A stretch of 64,000 nt of DNA from Leptonemataceae bacterium (GTDB taxonomy: Bacteria; Spirochaetota; Leptospiria; Leptospirales; Leptonemataceae): positions 2,048,001-2,112,000 of the forward strand of contig OZ245742.1 in assembly GCA_965227295.1 (NCBI GenBank), read 5' to 3'. A program made the translations under genes and the position numbers. A model generated the notes under the pieces. It did not search any database. It worked only from the letters and a program-made list of their open reading frames with translations, and was not told where the DNA came from. Shown here one piece after another: positions 39,547 to 49,342 of the stretch (position 1 is its first letter; each line of letters opens with the position of its first letter).

Positions 39547-41001
39547 ATGCTCTTCCAATCGCCCGTCTTCTTTGCGTTCTTCGGAGTGCTCTACGTTCTC
39601 TACTGGAACGTCCGTGATGCGTACCATCGTCGCTGGATCCTCATCGCGGCGTCCCTGTTTTTCTACGGATGGTGGGACTGGCGCTTCCTGCTGCACTTCC
39701 TTGCGATCATCGCGGTGAACTACGTTCTGTATCGCCTGCTGCGCGAGAGCCGGAGCCGCCGCCGACACTGGCTGACCCTGATCATCGCGCTCAACCTGGC
39801 GAACCTGGCCTTCTTTAAGTACGCTTACGCGGTCCTGGAAATACTCGGAGAGAGCCTCGGGCTCCCGTTCCTTCGAGAACTACAGGCCACGACCCACATC
39901 GTCCTGCCGCTGGCCGTCAGCTTCTATACGTTTCAGATCCTGGCCTTTGCCATCGACGAGTACCGCGGCGAAATGAACGCGCGCGTGCCCGCGGAAAACT
40001 ACGCCCTGTTCATCCTGTTCTTTCCGCAACTCATCGCCGGGCCCATCATGCGCCACGGAGATTTCTTTCATCAGATCGATCGAGTCAGCTTCGATGAGCG
40101 ACGCATGTGTGCCGGTTTGTTTCTCGTTCTCTTTGGATTGTTGAAGAAGGTCTGGCTGGCAGATGGGATTGCTCAGGTCATCGATCCGGTCTACGGGAGT
40201 CCGTCGGCCTTTTCCGCGGAAGCCAACGTGGTGGCCGCGGTGGGATTCGCGTTGCAACTCTATCTCGACTTTTCCGGATACACGGACATGGCGCGCGGCA
40301 TCGCGAAGATGCTCGGCTACGAACTCCCGGCTAACTTTCGCGGGCCGTACTTTTCCGCGTCGTTCTCCGAACACTGGCGGCGCTGGCACATCACACTGTC
40401 CACCTGGCTGCGGGATTATCTTTACATACCACTCGGAGGCAATCGCCTGAGTCCCGCAAAGACCTACCGCAACTTGTTTCTCGTAATGTCGCTCGGCGGA
40501 CTCTGGCACGGTCACGACTTTACGTTCTTGATCTGGGGCATGCTCGAGGGTACGTTCTTGATTCTGGAGCGCGGGCTTGCCGCATTGCGGCGGCGACGCC
40601 AGGCTACCGGGGCGGACGAAACCTTCGGATCGAATCACGCCGGCAGGGTTTACTTCAGCGCGGTTAAGGTCCTGGCGGTGCTGATCGTATTTTCGGGCAG
40701 TGTATTTGCGCGGATCTTCTTTCGCGCGGACAGCCTGAGCGAGGCCCTGGCAGTGATCGCGGGAATCTTCGGAGGCGGAGCCACGGCCGAACCGGAAGGA
40801 CTGGGCAGTGTCTACCGGCTGTTCTTGTGGGCGGTGGTCTTTCACGCGCTCGAGTACTACCAGCACGTTTCCGGTGGCGCCTTTGGAACGTGGGTTCTGA
40901 AACGCAGGTACTATCTTCTGCCGCCCGCGGCGGTGCTTACCATGTTGCTGTTGGCCGCCATTCAACACCCCGGATTTCTGTTTATCTATTTTCAGTTCTG
41001 A
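39547..41001 (+). CDS. MBOAT family O-acyltransferase (AlgI/DltB-like)
   Basis: LPLAVSFYTFQ, FFPQLIAGPI, DFSGYTDMA, WRRWHITLSTWLRDYLYIPLGG, GLWHG. Confidence 0.95.
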   Translation: MLFQSPVFFAFFGVLYVLYWNVRDAYHRRWILIAASLFFYGWWDWRFLLHFLAIIAVNYVLYRLLRESRSRRRHWLTLIIALNLANLAFFKYAYAVLEILGESLGLPFLRELQATTHIVLPLAVSFYTFQILAFAIDEYRGEMNARVPAENYALFILFFPQLIAGPIMRHGDFFHQIDRVSFDERRMCAGLFLVLFGLLKKVWLADGIAQVIDPVYGSPSAFSAEANVVAAVGFALQLYLDFSGYTDMARGIAKMLGYELPANFRGPYFSASFSEHWRRWHITLSTWLRDYLYIPLGGNRLSPAKTYRNLFLVMSLGGLWHGHDFTFLIWGMLEGTFLILERGLAALRRRRQATGADETFGSNHAGRVYFSAVKVLAVLIVFSGSVFARIFFRADSLSEALAVIAGIFGGGATAEPEGLGSVYRLFLWAVVFHALEYYQHVSGGAFGTWVLKRRYYLLPPAAVLTMLLLAAIQHPGFLFIYFQF

Positions 41002-41027
41002 GAGGAACTTCTCCGAGGATCATCGTC

Positions 41028-42182
41028 GTGCGCAAGTTACAGGTTTACTTTCCGTTTCTCTTGTTGATTCTGCTAATTGCCGTGGATCGCATGTTAACGA
41101 CCCCGCCGCTGCTCGAAGCCGGGCGCACCAAACCGAGCCGCGCGGAATTTCTGGAAGGCGTCGTTCTGGCCACCGGGGAGCGCTTCCTGAACGAGGCCGA
41201 TACCGCCGCGGATCGCCGGAGCATCGTCTTTCTGGGCTCGTCCCGATCGAATTACTTTTCGCTGCTCGTGAGCAAGCCGTCGCACTTCGGCACGCATACG
41301 AATCCCGAAGGGTACATCAGCGAAACCCGCCTCGGCGTGCCCGGCATGGACGCGCTCTCGCTCGCGTATACGGTCCACAATCTGCGGCGGTTGCAACGGC
41401 GCGAGGGCCGGGCGGACGGTCCCATCTTCGACTACATCGTCATCGAGGCATCGCCGTTTACGGTGTACAACACGAAACTTTCGTATCGGCGCTGGTACTC
41501 CAGCGTGTACGCGGAGAGCTTTCTGCGAGAGTACCTCCTGGCCTTTCCCGATGAGATGCGATCCGACGCGGCGGCCCGACTGCTCTTTCGCACATACAAT
41601 TACAAAACGAGCCTGCCCCGATTGCTCAAGGCACTCAAAGGCAGCCCGGAGTACCAGGACACGGACCAACAATCGATGATCAGTTACTTCGCGCACGTCG
41701 CCGTGGCCGCGGACGACGATCTCACGGATTACGATCCCGATTCCGTCGGACCCCACGTATTCATGGCGCCCTTTCAGGGCCCCGCGGCGAAGGCTAAACG
41801 TGCGGTCATCGCCGATTACGATGCGCAGGTCGCCATGGGCCCGACGTTCCGCCAGGCCGTCCAGGACGCAAGCGGCCTGGCCCGGCGGGTCATCCTCTGG
41901 TTACCGCCGACCCATCCCATCTTCTCCGAGAAAATCTACGCCGCGGAGAATGTGGACGGTCGTTTCTGGGAGCGCTACTTCGCCGTGATCGAAAGCACCG
42001 GCCTGCCGTTTCTGAACGGTTACGATCTGTTGTCGCGCTGCTATCGTTTCCGCGACGCTTCGCACTACGGGGCGAGCTGTTTTGATTTGCTGACGTCGGA
42101 GATTTTGAAGTGTGCGGAGTCCTGCCCGGTGAATCGAACCGTTCCCGGCTCCGGAGGAGCGCCAGGGGCTGTGCGGGATTGA
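41028..42182 (+). CDS. SGNH-like partner of the MBOAT (DUF1574/AlgJ-like)
   Basis: N-terminal TM, FLGSSRS, C-terminal FRDASH; follows the MBOAT gene. Confidence 0.65.
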   Translation: MRKLQVYFPFLLLILLIAVDRMLTTPPLLEAGRTKPSRAEFLEGVVLATGERFLNEADTAADRRSIVFLGSSRSNYFSLLVSKPSHFGTHTNPEGYISETRLGVPGMDALSLAYTVHNLRRLQRREGRADGPIFDYIVIEASPFTVYNTKLSYRRWYSSVYAESFLREYLLAFPDEMRSDAAARLLFRTYNYKTSLPRLLKALKGSPEYQDTDQQSMISYFAHVAVAADDDLTDYDPDSVGPHVFMAPFQGPAAKAKRAVIADYDAQVAMGPTFRQAVQDASGLARRVILWLPPTHPIFSEKIYAAENVDGRFWERYFAVIESTGLPFLNGYDLLSRCYRFRDASHYGASCFDLLTSEILKCAESCPVNRTVPGSGGAPGAVRD

Positions 42183-42209
42183 TGGTGTTAACTTTGTTTA
42201 GGGGACGAT

Positions 42210-42707
42210 TTAGAGATTCCCTTCCGGCGTTGAATCCATGGCGACAAGTTCTCGGACGCTCACTTTCATCTTGCGGCCGCGCCGTTCAAGGACGAGTGTC
42301 CAGTCGCCGGCGAGTTTCAGCAGATCTTTGCGAGGAGCGGCTAAGATGAATTCAAGATATGAAACAACGCCGGCAATGCGCCGCCCCGGCATCCTGACCT
42401 CACGCATGCTACAGCCGGCAATTGAAAACAATCTGTCGCCGTGTTCGAATGGCCCCAATTCCGCCCACTCCTTGCCGGTGAGCTCCAGCCAGGGTGAGGG
42501 CTCAGGCTCAAGTTCCCCTTGTATGCCGATGCGACCCGAGCGAAAAAGCAATCCGTACTTCTGAATATGCGGACTATTCTGGTCGGCCTCCCACTTGAGC
42601 GTGCAAGGTCCCGCAGCGGGATGGCCTTCGATCGTTGCGTCCGAATCGGTGCACGCACCGCAAACGAGGCCGAAACTTAAGAACCCAACAAGAGCTAAAT
42701 GTTTCAT
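42210..42707 (-). CDS. Hypothetical lipoprotein
   Basis: MKHLALVGFLSFGLVCGAC signal/lipobox; GGAGG RBS; ATGA-coupled to the upstream ORF. Confidence 0.65.
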   Translation of the reverse strand: MKHLALVGFLSFGLVCGACTDSDATIEGHPAAGPCTLKWEADQNSPHIQKYGLLFRSGRIGIQGELEPEPSPWLELTGKEWAELGPFEHGDRLFSIAGCSMREVRMPGRRIAGVVSYLEFILAAPRKDLLKLAGDWTLVLERRGRKMKVSVRELVAMDSTPEGNL

Positions 42708-43003
42708 TCGTTCCCCTCCCCGGGGCCTGGATATGGACGATTCGTCTGAGTAGTTGTACGCCAGGAGTCCAGTCCACGCTCACGACGTAGCATGTTTTCC
42801 GTAATGGCTCCCGGTAGATCTATGTAATATTCAGTGCCTTCTTCATCTAGCTTAAAGACGCGGAAGGGATATCCTATTGTTGCAATCTCTTCTTCAATTC
42901 CGAATGCCATTCTAAAAGTCCCATTCGGACGCCGATGTTCAAAGGCCCGTATCTCCTCCAGGGGCAGATTCATGCCACTGAGAGTCCTCTGAATATGAAT
43001 CAA
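42704..43003 (-). pseudogene. Lower-GC C-terminal fragment of unknown protein (possible orphan toxin tip)
   Basis: 99-aa ORF with weak TTG start, stop coupled to the lipoprotein start. Confidence 0.35.
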
Positions 43004-43162
43004 CTCATGCGCGAGGATAAACTCTTCGGGGTTCTGTGTCTCGATAAACTCCCCGCGCTCGAGTTCAACACGGCCTCTTTGAGTTGTTCCGCTTCGTTGG
43101 CGATACGAAGCCCCGGCGATAAATCCAGGTTAGGTGTGCGTGTGGGTGGAAGCGTGCCCGAT

Positions 43163-43798
43163 TCACACGTCAGCGCGGCGGTTACGAGCTGCGCACCGGC
43201 CGCACACGTGGCCGCGCTGGATTTCATCGGCGGCGATCGAGAACGCGACGATGCCCGACGGGCAGGCCTCGGAGACCGTGCGTGTGAGACTGACGCGAGC
43301 CGCGCGAGCCACCGCGGCGGCCGGCGCCGTTAATGCTGCGCGCATCAAACTTAGGGGATGAATGCGTCCTTTGCCGTTCGTTAACAGGTCCGGTTGCTTG
43401 CGATAGGTGTGCTCGATCGTATTGTGATCGATGTGCCCGTGCGCCGCGAAAACGCGCGTGCGCCACGGATCGAAGTGGAAGACGTTCGCATCTTGCGCGG
43501 CCATTCGAAAGACGGCGAGCGCCGCGCGGGTATACAAGCCGTGCTGATGATCTCGTTCGTCGCGCTGCAGCCACGAGGACCAGGCCGTGTCTTCCGGGAT
43601 CTCCGCGCCGATTTTCGTAGGATGCGCATCCGGGCGAATGCGCCGTTGCAGGGTTTGAATCCCGGTCTCGCCGGCCAGCAGTCGTTCAAAGAACGGTCCC
43701 GCACCTGGCCCGATGCCGAGGGAAGACAATCCGGCGAGGCCCGTCACGGCGGCGCGATGGCTTCGAACCTGATTGGCCGTGGAATCGGCGGGATACAT
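43163..43798 (-). pseudogene. Truncated beta-ketoacyl-ACP synthase (FabF-like N-terminal half only)
   Basis: AAVTGLAGLSSLG, LLAGETGI, TVSEACPSG (active-site Cys), AADEIQRG, then stop; C-terminal domain absent. Confidence 0.65.
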
Positions 43799-44307
43799 GG
43801 GCACAGGCCGCGCTAAGATTAGTGCAAGTGCGACTAATTTTAGTACACGCCCGGTTTGGCGAGTTGTCGCTATTTTGTAAAGCGCGATGGGCACGGATGT
43901 GGCTGGCGAATGATAGAGGTGCCGGTGTTTTCGAGGGCCGGGCGGTGGCCGCACGGCGGGTTTTTTCCGGGTTCGTCCGGTGTATGCAGGCGGCGGGACT
44001 AGTTCGCGGTCAATGGCAATTAGGGGCGGAGTACGCTAAATGCCTACGAATTTTTGCTAATATGGCGTGTCCTGTGAATGGGGGACGAGGAGCGGGCAGC
44101 CGAGGCTTGGCCAAGAGCTTCCACATTGCTGTGCGGCCGCTATGTCTCGGGAAAATCCCGGAGCGGCTTCCGTGGGCGCTTCCGAAGGAATATTCGACAA
44201 CGCGGCTTCCAGTTTCTGCGTGCTCTTTATTTTTTTCGTTGCGGACCGATACACACAGTGGAATTTGAATCTTTGGCTGTGGTTATCCGAATTTCGGATA
44301 AGAGCCG

Positions 44308-46313
44308 TTAGGCGTCATTGCCTAGTCTTTCCTTTTACAGTATGACACTAAAATCTACCGACATTGAACCCTTCTATCAAGTCATTGTTTTCGTTGCGGA
44401 CGGAAATCCTATTAAGGAAATGCTAGAATGTCTTGATCGTGGAATGCAGGAGTTGGCCCAAAAAAGTGGTCATCTCATTAATTATAAAGTCATAACAGAT
44501 ACAAAAGATCTAAAAATACGACAGTATACTCACAAATATTTTCCAACTTGGTTAAAGAATGCCCCGGCCCTGTCTCCTGGGGAGACCGCAAAAGAACTGG
44601 AAAATAAAGATAATGCAATTTTCATACTGTACAAATCAAAGAAGTATATATTCATGCATGTTTCCAGCGAATATATAGAGAGGCATGCTTTCGACTATAT
44701 CAGAAAGGAAACCAAATCATATAGACCAATTGACCTTGCAAAACTATACGCATTCACACGCGGCAACGGATTGGACTTCAGAACTTTGGGGCTTACAAAT
44801 GTATACAATGCCGGTGGCACGGCACCAGAAGCAAAAACATTCTATGGCAGAAATACTGAGTACTCCCTGTCTGTTTCGAGCGATGCAGGATACAGTTTCA
44901 ATTATGGGCTCGGTTCACGGAAACGTGCTGGCAAGAAGAATCCCTTCGGCGTATCGACTAAGAAGCGGAAGATTTGGGGGAGTTGGACAAAAGGTGTAAA
45001 AGATTTTCAAACGCTATGCAAAGCCTTAGTTAAGGAACTCGATAAAACCGTGAAAAGCAAGAAATTTGAAGTGCTCTGCACTCCAATAGAGGTAGAGACA
45101 ACCAAGAAGTTGAAGTTATTCCATTGTTATATTGACTACGTTGACCCGAAAAAGGGCATGCGCTTATTAAAATTTCCCGGTACTAGTGAGTATACTTTGG
45201 ATTGGAATTGCGCTCTGGATGAAGAACACAATGATCAAATTGTTATAAATCATGAGAATTCCGGCAACTCAGTTCAAATCAACCTTAAAAGGACAGATTC
45301 TCTAGGTTGGGAATTCAGTTACTCTTCGACTTCGAAAACTCTGCAATATTTAGTGGCGGAGGAGGGCGCAAGCTTGGCGGGCCGGCGGGGTACTGATTTT
45401 CTGAATCTGTTAAACAAGCAGGAAGATTTTACTTTACTATTTGAAAAAGGAATCGCTTACCGGAACGAAGTTTACTGGAAAGATAATAGATTCACGCAAC
45501 CATTTCTTCTGTCTGAACTGCTTATTGACTGGGCCAAAACTAATATTCAGAAGGAATCCAGTAATTCAGCAATAGCAGGGGAGTCCATTTCGGAAACCGT
45601 GGTGACATATCTTAAATCTCTCAAGGGCACGAATAAACCAATCTTTATTATTGATGACGACGGAGCTAATGAAGTATCCGATCTAGTTGTTATTACGGCT
45701 GTAAAAAAAATCCTGATACACCTTAAGTTTAGCGCATCTAGTGCTCCGGGGCTGCGAATTAACGATTTACAAGTTGTATGCTCTCAAGCTCTCAAGAACC
45801 TGCGTTTCTTCAATCCAATACTTATTTCGAGTCGAATTGATCGGCTAAAAAACAAAGTGAAATTCCCCCTTGCAATTCCTCCCACTATAGCAGTCGATCT
45901 TGAGAGCCATTTCGGGAATATCCATGCCAGGAATGAGTGTTGGATAGTTCAACCAGGTATTTCCAAAAAAAAATTAGAGAAGGATAAGTCCAATAAAGCA
46001 CATATGCTATTGAACTATCTTCATGGTATTTGCCTCAGTAATAATATAGATTTTAAATTCATATGTTCGCCTTAGCTTAATGCGCAGGCAACGACGCCTA
46101 ACGGCGGATATGCGCTGCGCGCCGCTCTGCCACGCTTCGCGCCGCTCGGGTTTGGGCCTCTCGCGAAGGCGCGCGTCACAAAATTTTGGTTGAGAGTGTA
46201 GTTCCGCGCGCCATCGCTCGCGCGGACTCGGCGCGGGGGGAAAAATGAAATGCGCCTCGCCGCGCCGGCCCTTCACCACATTGCGGAACGGATCGTCGCA
46301 TATCCGCGGTACG
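44308..46313 (+). mobile_element. Integron-type gene cassette 1 (~2.0 kb)
   Basis: Begins at G|TTAGGCGTC (44307-44316); its exact reverse complement GACGCCTAAC (46093-46102) follows the single AT-rich ORF. Confidence 0.85.
44342..46075 (+). CDS. Hypothetical protein with C-terminal PD-(D/E)XK-like nuclease motif
   Basis: IIDDDGANEVSDLVVI...ILIHLKFS...DLQVVCSQALKN; markedly AT-rich. Confidence 0.7.
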   Translation: MTLKSTDIEPFYQVIVFVADGNPIKEMLECLDRGMQELAQKSGHLINYKVITDTKDLKIRQYTHKYFPTWLKNAPALSPGETAKELENKDNAIFILYKSKKYIFMHVSSEYIERHAFDYIRKETKSYRPIDLAKLYAFTRGNGLDFRTLGLTNVYNAGGTAPEAKTFYGRNTEYSLSVSSDAGYSFNYGLGSRKRAGKKNPFGVSTKKRKIWGSWTKGVKDFQTLCKALVKELDKTVKSKKFEVLCTPIEVETTKKLKLFHCYIDYVDPKKGMRLLKFPGTSEYTLDWNCALDEEHNDQIVINHENSGNSVQINLKRTDSLGWEFSYSSTSKTLQYLVAEEGASLAGRRGTDFLNLLNKQEDFTLLFEKGIAYRNEVYWKDNRFTQPFLLSELLIDWAKTNIQKESSNSAIAGESISETVVTYLKSLKGTNKPIFIIDDDGANEVSDLVVITAVKKILIHLKFSASSAPGLRINDLQVVCSQALKNLRFFNPILISSRIDRLKNKVKFPLAIPPTIAVDLESHFGNIHARNECWIVQPGISKKKLEKDKSNKAHMLLNYLHGICLSNNIDFKFICSP

Positions 46314-46319
46314 TTAAGA
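46096..46319 (+). other. attC-like site 1 (~224 bp)
   Basis: R'' GCCTAAC 46096; inner repeats GCGGATATGCG 46104-46114 / CGCATATCCGC 46297-46307; R' GTTAAGA 46313. Confidence 0.82.
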
Positions 46320-47944
46320 GCCATTCCGCCGAACTTATGAGAACAATAGATATTACTGCCGACGATTTATTTGGAAATCTCATGGCACAGCATGAGGATG
46401 AGGAAATATTTAATTCCTACGTCTACGAGCGGGAAGATCTTAAAGCCTTCTGGGACCCGAAGAAGAGAATCCTAATAGTAAGTGCAATAAAGGGCACAGG
46501 CAAAAGCTCCCTATGCCGAATTACAAAAGAGAAAATTAAGAAAGCTCACCCTGATCATATTCTTCTCCTCAAATACGACTCAGAAATAAGCCCAGATTTA
46601 GACACTGAAGATATAACTGAGTGGGTTAAGTCTTGGAAGCAAAACATACTCCAATCTGTGGCTTCTGAACTCGGGCGCAGAATTGGATTCGCGTGGACAG
46701 ATGATGCAATAACCCTCGTTGAAGAGGCTCGAAAGGGCGGATATCGGGAGCATTCACTACTGGGTGCCATTCTGGACCGAATAAGGTCCTCAAAATTATA
46801 TGTCGAGTCCCCCAAGCGAAAAATCAGCGAAGATTTCTTAAATCGAGTCACATCAAAAAATAATAGAGTCTGGTTGATATTGGATGAAGTAGATCAACAC
46901 TTTGACAGCACAACCAAGCAAAAGTCCAAATTGACCGCTTTTTTTATCGCATGCTCCGAGTTATCCCTTAGTATTCCGGAGATCATATTCCGGCTAACAG
47001 TTCGACCGAATGTATGGTCAATCCTCGCAGCATCTCAAGCCTCTCTCTCCGGCCTGCGGCAGTATATCAAAAAGCTCAGCTGGGACTATGACCAGATCAG
47101 AAAACTTCTGGCACTGAGGGTTCAGGCTTATCTTAAGCGTACGGGACAGACAATACCAGAAACGGATATAGACCAAGTCGATGACCAAGAATGGTTCTTG
47201 ATGCAAGTATTCACCGGCAACTTTGATCTAGGGTCCGGATCTCGCTCTCCAGGTGTCGTACTAGCAACCTTATCTGCGCGCCGACCGAGATGGCTAATGG
47301 AGCTATGCAAGGCATCCGCAACAGAAGCCGCAAATCAACAGCATGATTCAATCAGTTACGAGACTGTAGAAGCGGCCATGCGCTCATTTGGATTTGATAG
47401 GATGCAAGATCTCGCAAGCGAATACAAGGCACAATCAGAACAAATCCTCGAAATCATAACAGCATTTACAGGTGAATCCCCTATTTACAACGAATCACAT
47501 AATCTCCTTCAATTCATAAGGGATCCTATACTAACTCAGGTAGACATCCAAATTTCTGACCGGAGCGGGGAAGTAACCGCCGCGGACGTCGCTAACCTTC
47601 TGTACATGATCGGCTTTATACATGCCCGAAAACAGGAGGACGATGGCAGCTATATCCACCTTCAATATCAAGACCGACAAGACTTGTTCAAAAATGAGAA
47701 GCGAGCGGATGATGATTCAGTATTTTCTTGGGAAATTCATCCTATGTTTCGCAATGCACTTTTTTCGAAAAGGGAAACAACACCCGGAAGCCGAAAGAAG
47801 AGACAGAAAAAGGGAAAGATAGGTAAAAGAGGCCGTAAATCTCGACGGCGAAACGGCTCTTAACTTTCATGTTACTCGCAGCGCTTCGGCTACGCTTGGG
47901 TAGTGTGCTCAAAGATCGCTCGCCAGCGTCGTGTAACATTGGCG
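46314..47944 (+). mobile_element. Integron-type gene cassette 2 (~1.6 kb)
   Basis: Begins at G|TTAAGAGCC (46313-46322); exact reverse complement GGCTCTTAAC (47855-47864) contains the ORF stop codon. Confidence 0.85.
46337..47863 (+). CDS. P-loop ATPase (Sll1717/FunZ-like)
   Basis: Walker A AIKGTGKS, Walker B VWLILDEVD, RRPRWLMELC, LLYMIGFI, WEIHPMFR; AT-rich. Confidence 0.8.
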   Translation: MRTIDITADDLFGNLMAQHEDEEIFNSYVYEREDLKAFWDPKKRILIVSAIKGTGKSSLCRITKEKIKKAHPDHILLLKYDSEISPDLDTEDITEWVKSWKQNILQSVASELGRRIGFAWTDDAITLVEEARKGGYREHSLLGAILDRIRSSKLYVESPKRKISEDFLNRVTSKNNRVWLILDEVDQHFDSTTKQKSKLTAFFIACSELSLSIPEIIFRLTVRPNVWSILAASQASLSGLRQYIKKLSWDYDQIRKLLALRVQAYLKRTGQTIPETDIDQVDDQEWFLMQVFTGNFDLGSGSRSPGVVLATLSARRPRWLMELCKASATEAANQQHDSISYETVEAAMRSFGFDRMQDLASEYKAQSEQILEIITAFTGESPIYNESHNLLQFIRDPILTQVDIQISDRSGEVTAADVANLLYMIGFIHARKQEDDGSYIHLQYQDRQDLFKNEKRADDDSVFSWEIHPMFRNALFSKRETTPGSRKKRQKKGKIGKRGRKSRRRNGS

Positions 47945-47950
47945 TTAAAC
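47858..47950 (+). other. attC-like site 2 (~93 bp)
   Basis: R'' TCTTAAC; inner repeats ATGTTAC / GTAACAT; R' GTTAAAC at 47944. Confidence 0.82.
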
Positions 47951-48181
47951 GACATGCGAGCGCTGGATTGCTTAGTTTGAATGCGGACGTTCCGTATTCG
48001 GTAGCGATCGATCCAATCGGCGATCACCGGGAATGTACTTTCATCAGGCAGCTTAGCATCATTTTTCTGAATATTTGGTGCCGAATGTCTGTTGACCCGG
48101 TACTCCACCGAGTCGAATCTTTCCAGGCTGGCCTGTTCAGTAATAGAGAAGGCTGGCCCCGTACTTCTACAGTCCTTGGTT

Positions 48182-48904
48182 ATGCACGCGTCTCATCGTC
48201 TGCCGGTCATCCTGTCCTGCGCGGTTCTCGCCGTGGCGCTCGCCGGCACGCCCCTCGGAAGCCAGGCTGCACCCCCGCCGGATCGGCCGGAAATCGCGGC
48301 CCGCGTTCGGGTCTTTAATGATCTTGTAGTGAAAGGGTTTTCCGACGCCGCCGTCGAGTTCGCGGCGATCGGATACCTGCCGCGCGAAGCGGTCCAGATG
48401 GGTCCCGACGGTGTGCGACCGATCGCCGCCGGAATGATCGGCCGCATCGAGGCGTTGCATCCGTGGAAGCCCTGGGGCCGGCACACACCGAAGGCCACGC
48501 CGGACAATCGTGCTGTAACGGAGAACCCCGCTTTGTTGCGCGGTTACGTTCACACCTACAATAAGTTCATCAACGCCGGCGATGACTACGCTGCTGTGGT
48601 AATGGCACGCCGATATTTTCCGCGGTGGTTGTATGCGGCTTCCGTCGATGACTTTGAACGGCCGCGCGCGGTGGATAAGCTCGACGTGCAGGAGCGCAAA
48701 GACGGGCGCGGTTATGATGTAACGTTAATTTTCAGTCCGCGGCGTGACCCGTTGAAGATCGGCTACAATCCCGGGCCGATTGTTCCGGAGGAGGATGTCG
48801 AGGTCCATCTCACTCCGGAGGAAAAGGCAAAGAAACGCCAGCTTGAGGCGTTGGGCGCTCCGTTCTCGGAGCTCGAACCGGACAGCGCGGAAGGAACTGG
48901 ATGA
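48182..48904 (+). CDS. Hypothetical exported protein
   Basis: Signal peptide MHASHRLPVILSCAVLAVALAGTPLGSQA; host-like codon usage. Confidence 0.6.
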   Translation: MHASHRLPVILSCAVLAVALAGTPLGSQAAPPPDRPEIAARVRVFNDLVVKGFSDAAVEFAAIGYLPREAVQMGPDGVRPIAAGMIGRIEALHPWKPWGRHTPKATPDNRAVTENPALLRGYVHTYNKFINAGDDYAAVVMARRYFPRWLYAASVDDFERPRAVDKLDVQERKDGRGYDVTLIFSPRRDPLKIGYNPGPIVPEEDVEVHLTPEEKAKKRQLEALGAPFSELEPDSAEGTG

Positions 48905-49342
48905 GCCCGTTAAGGTTTACAATCTCAAGGTCGAGCCGCATGCGAACTACTTCGTCGGCGTCGGTGACGAGGCGATCATTGGAAGGACATCCGCGAGTTC
49001 GAGAAATACTACCGGCCGGACGGTAACTATACATTGCGTGATGTTAATCCACGATTCTATACGAAGGACGGGACCATCTTCCATGAGCGCCTGCACCAGC
49101 AGCAGATGGACCGGGAGATTGAGAACGTGGAGCCGTACATCGAACGTAACATCGGCAAGATCAGCGCGAAGACTCCGCAACAGGCAATGCGGCAGGCGAC
49201 CTGGGCTCTGGAAGATTACAGAAAACAGATCAACACCAACATGCAGGCGCCGGCCGCTCACAAGTCCATCTACTTGCAGGAGTGGCACTTCTATCACCGC
49301 CAGTATGAGCAATACCTGAAATCCCGGGGGGCGGGGAAATGA
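48895..49342 (+). pseudogene. Polymorphic toxin remnant: HINT C-terminal motif then a frameshifted HExxH-containing tip
   Basis: PVKVYNLKVEPHANYFVG in one frame; TIFHERLH...KSRGAGK in the 49034-49342 frame. Confidence 0.55.

Noticed and set aside
43800..44306. Possible integron integrase or attI upstream of the cassettes
   Set aside because: No tyrosine recombinase motifs in any listed frame; only a core site and a palindrome are visible
46250..46336. ORF-track start of the ATPase
   Set aside because: Lies inside attC1; the ATG at 46337 after the core site is more plausible
47869..48318. 149-aa ORF, and a third complete cassette after GTTAAAC 47944
   Set aside because: The ORF spans attC2 and has no motifs; I found no matching GTCGTTTAAC downstream, so a third cassette is unsupported
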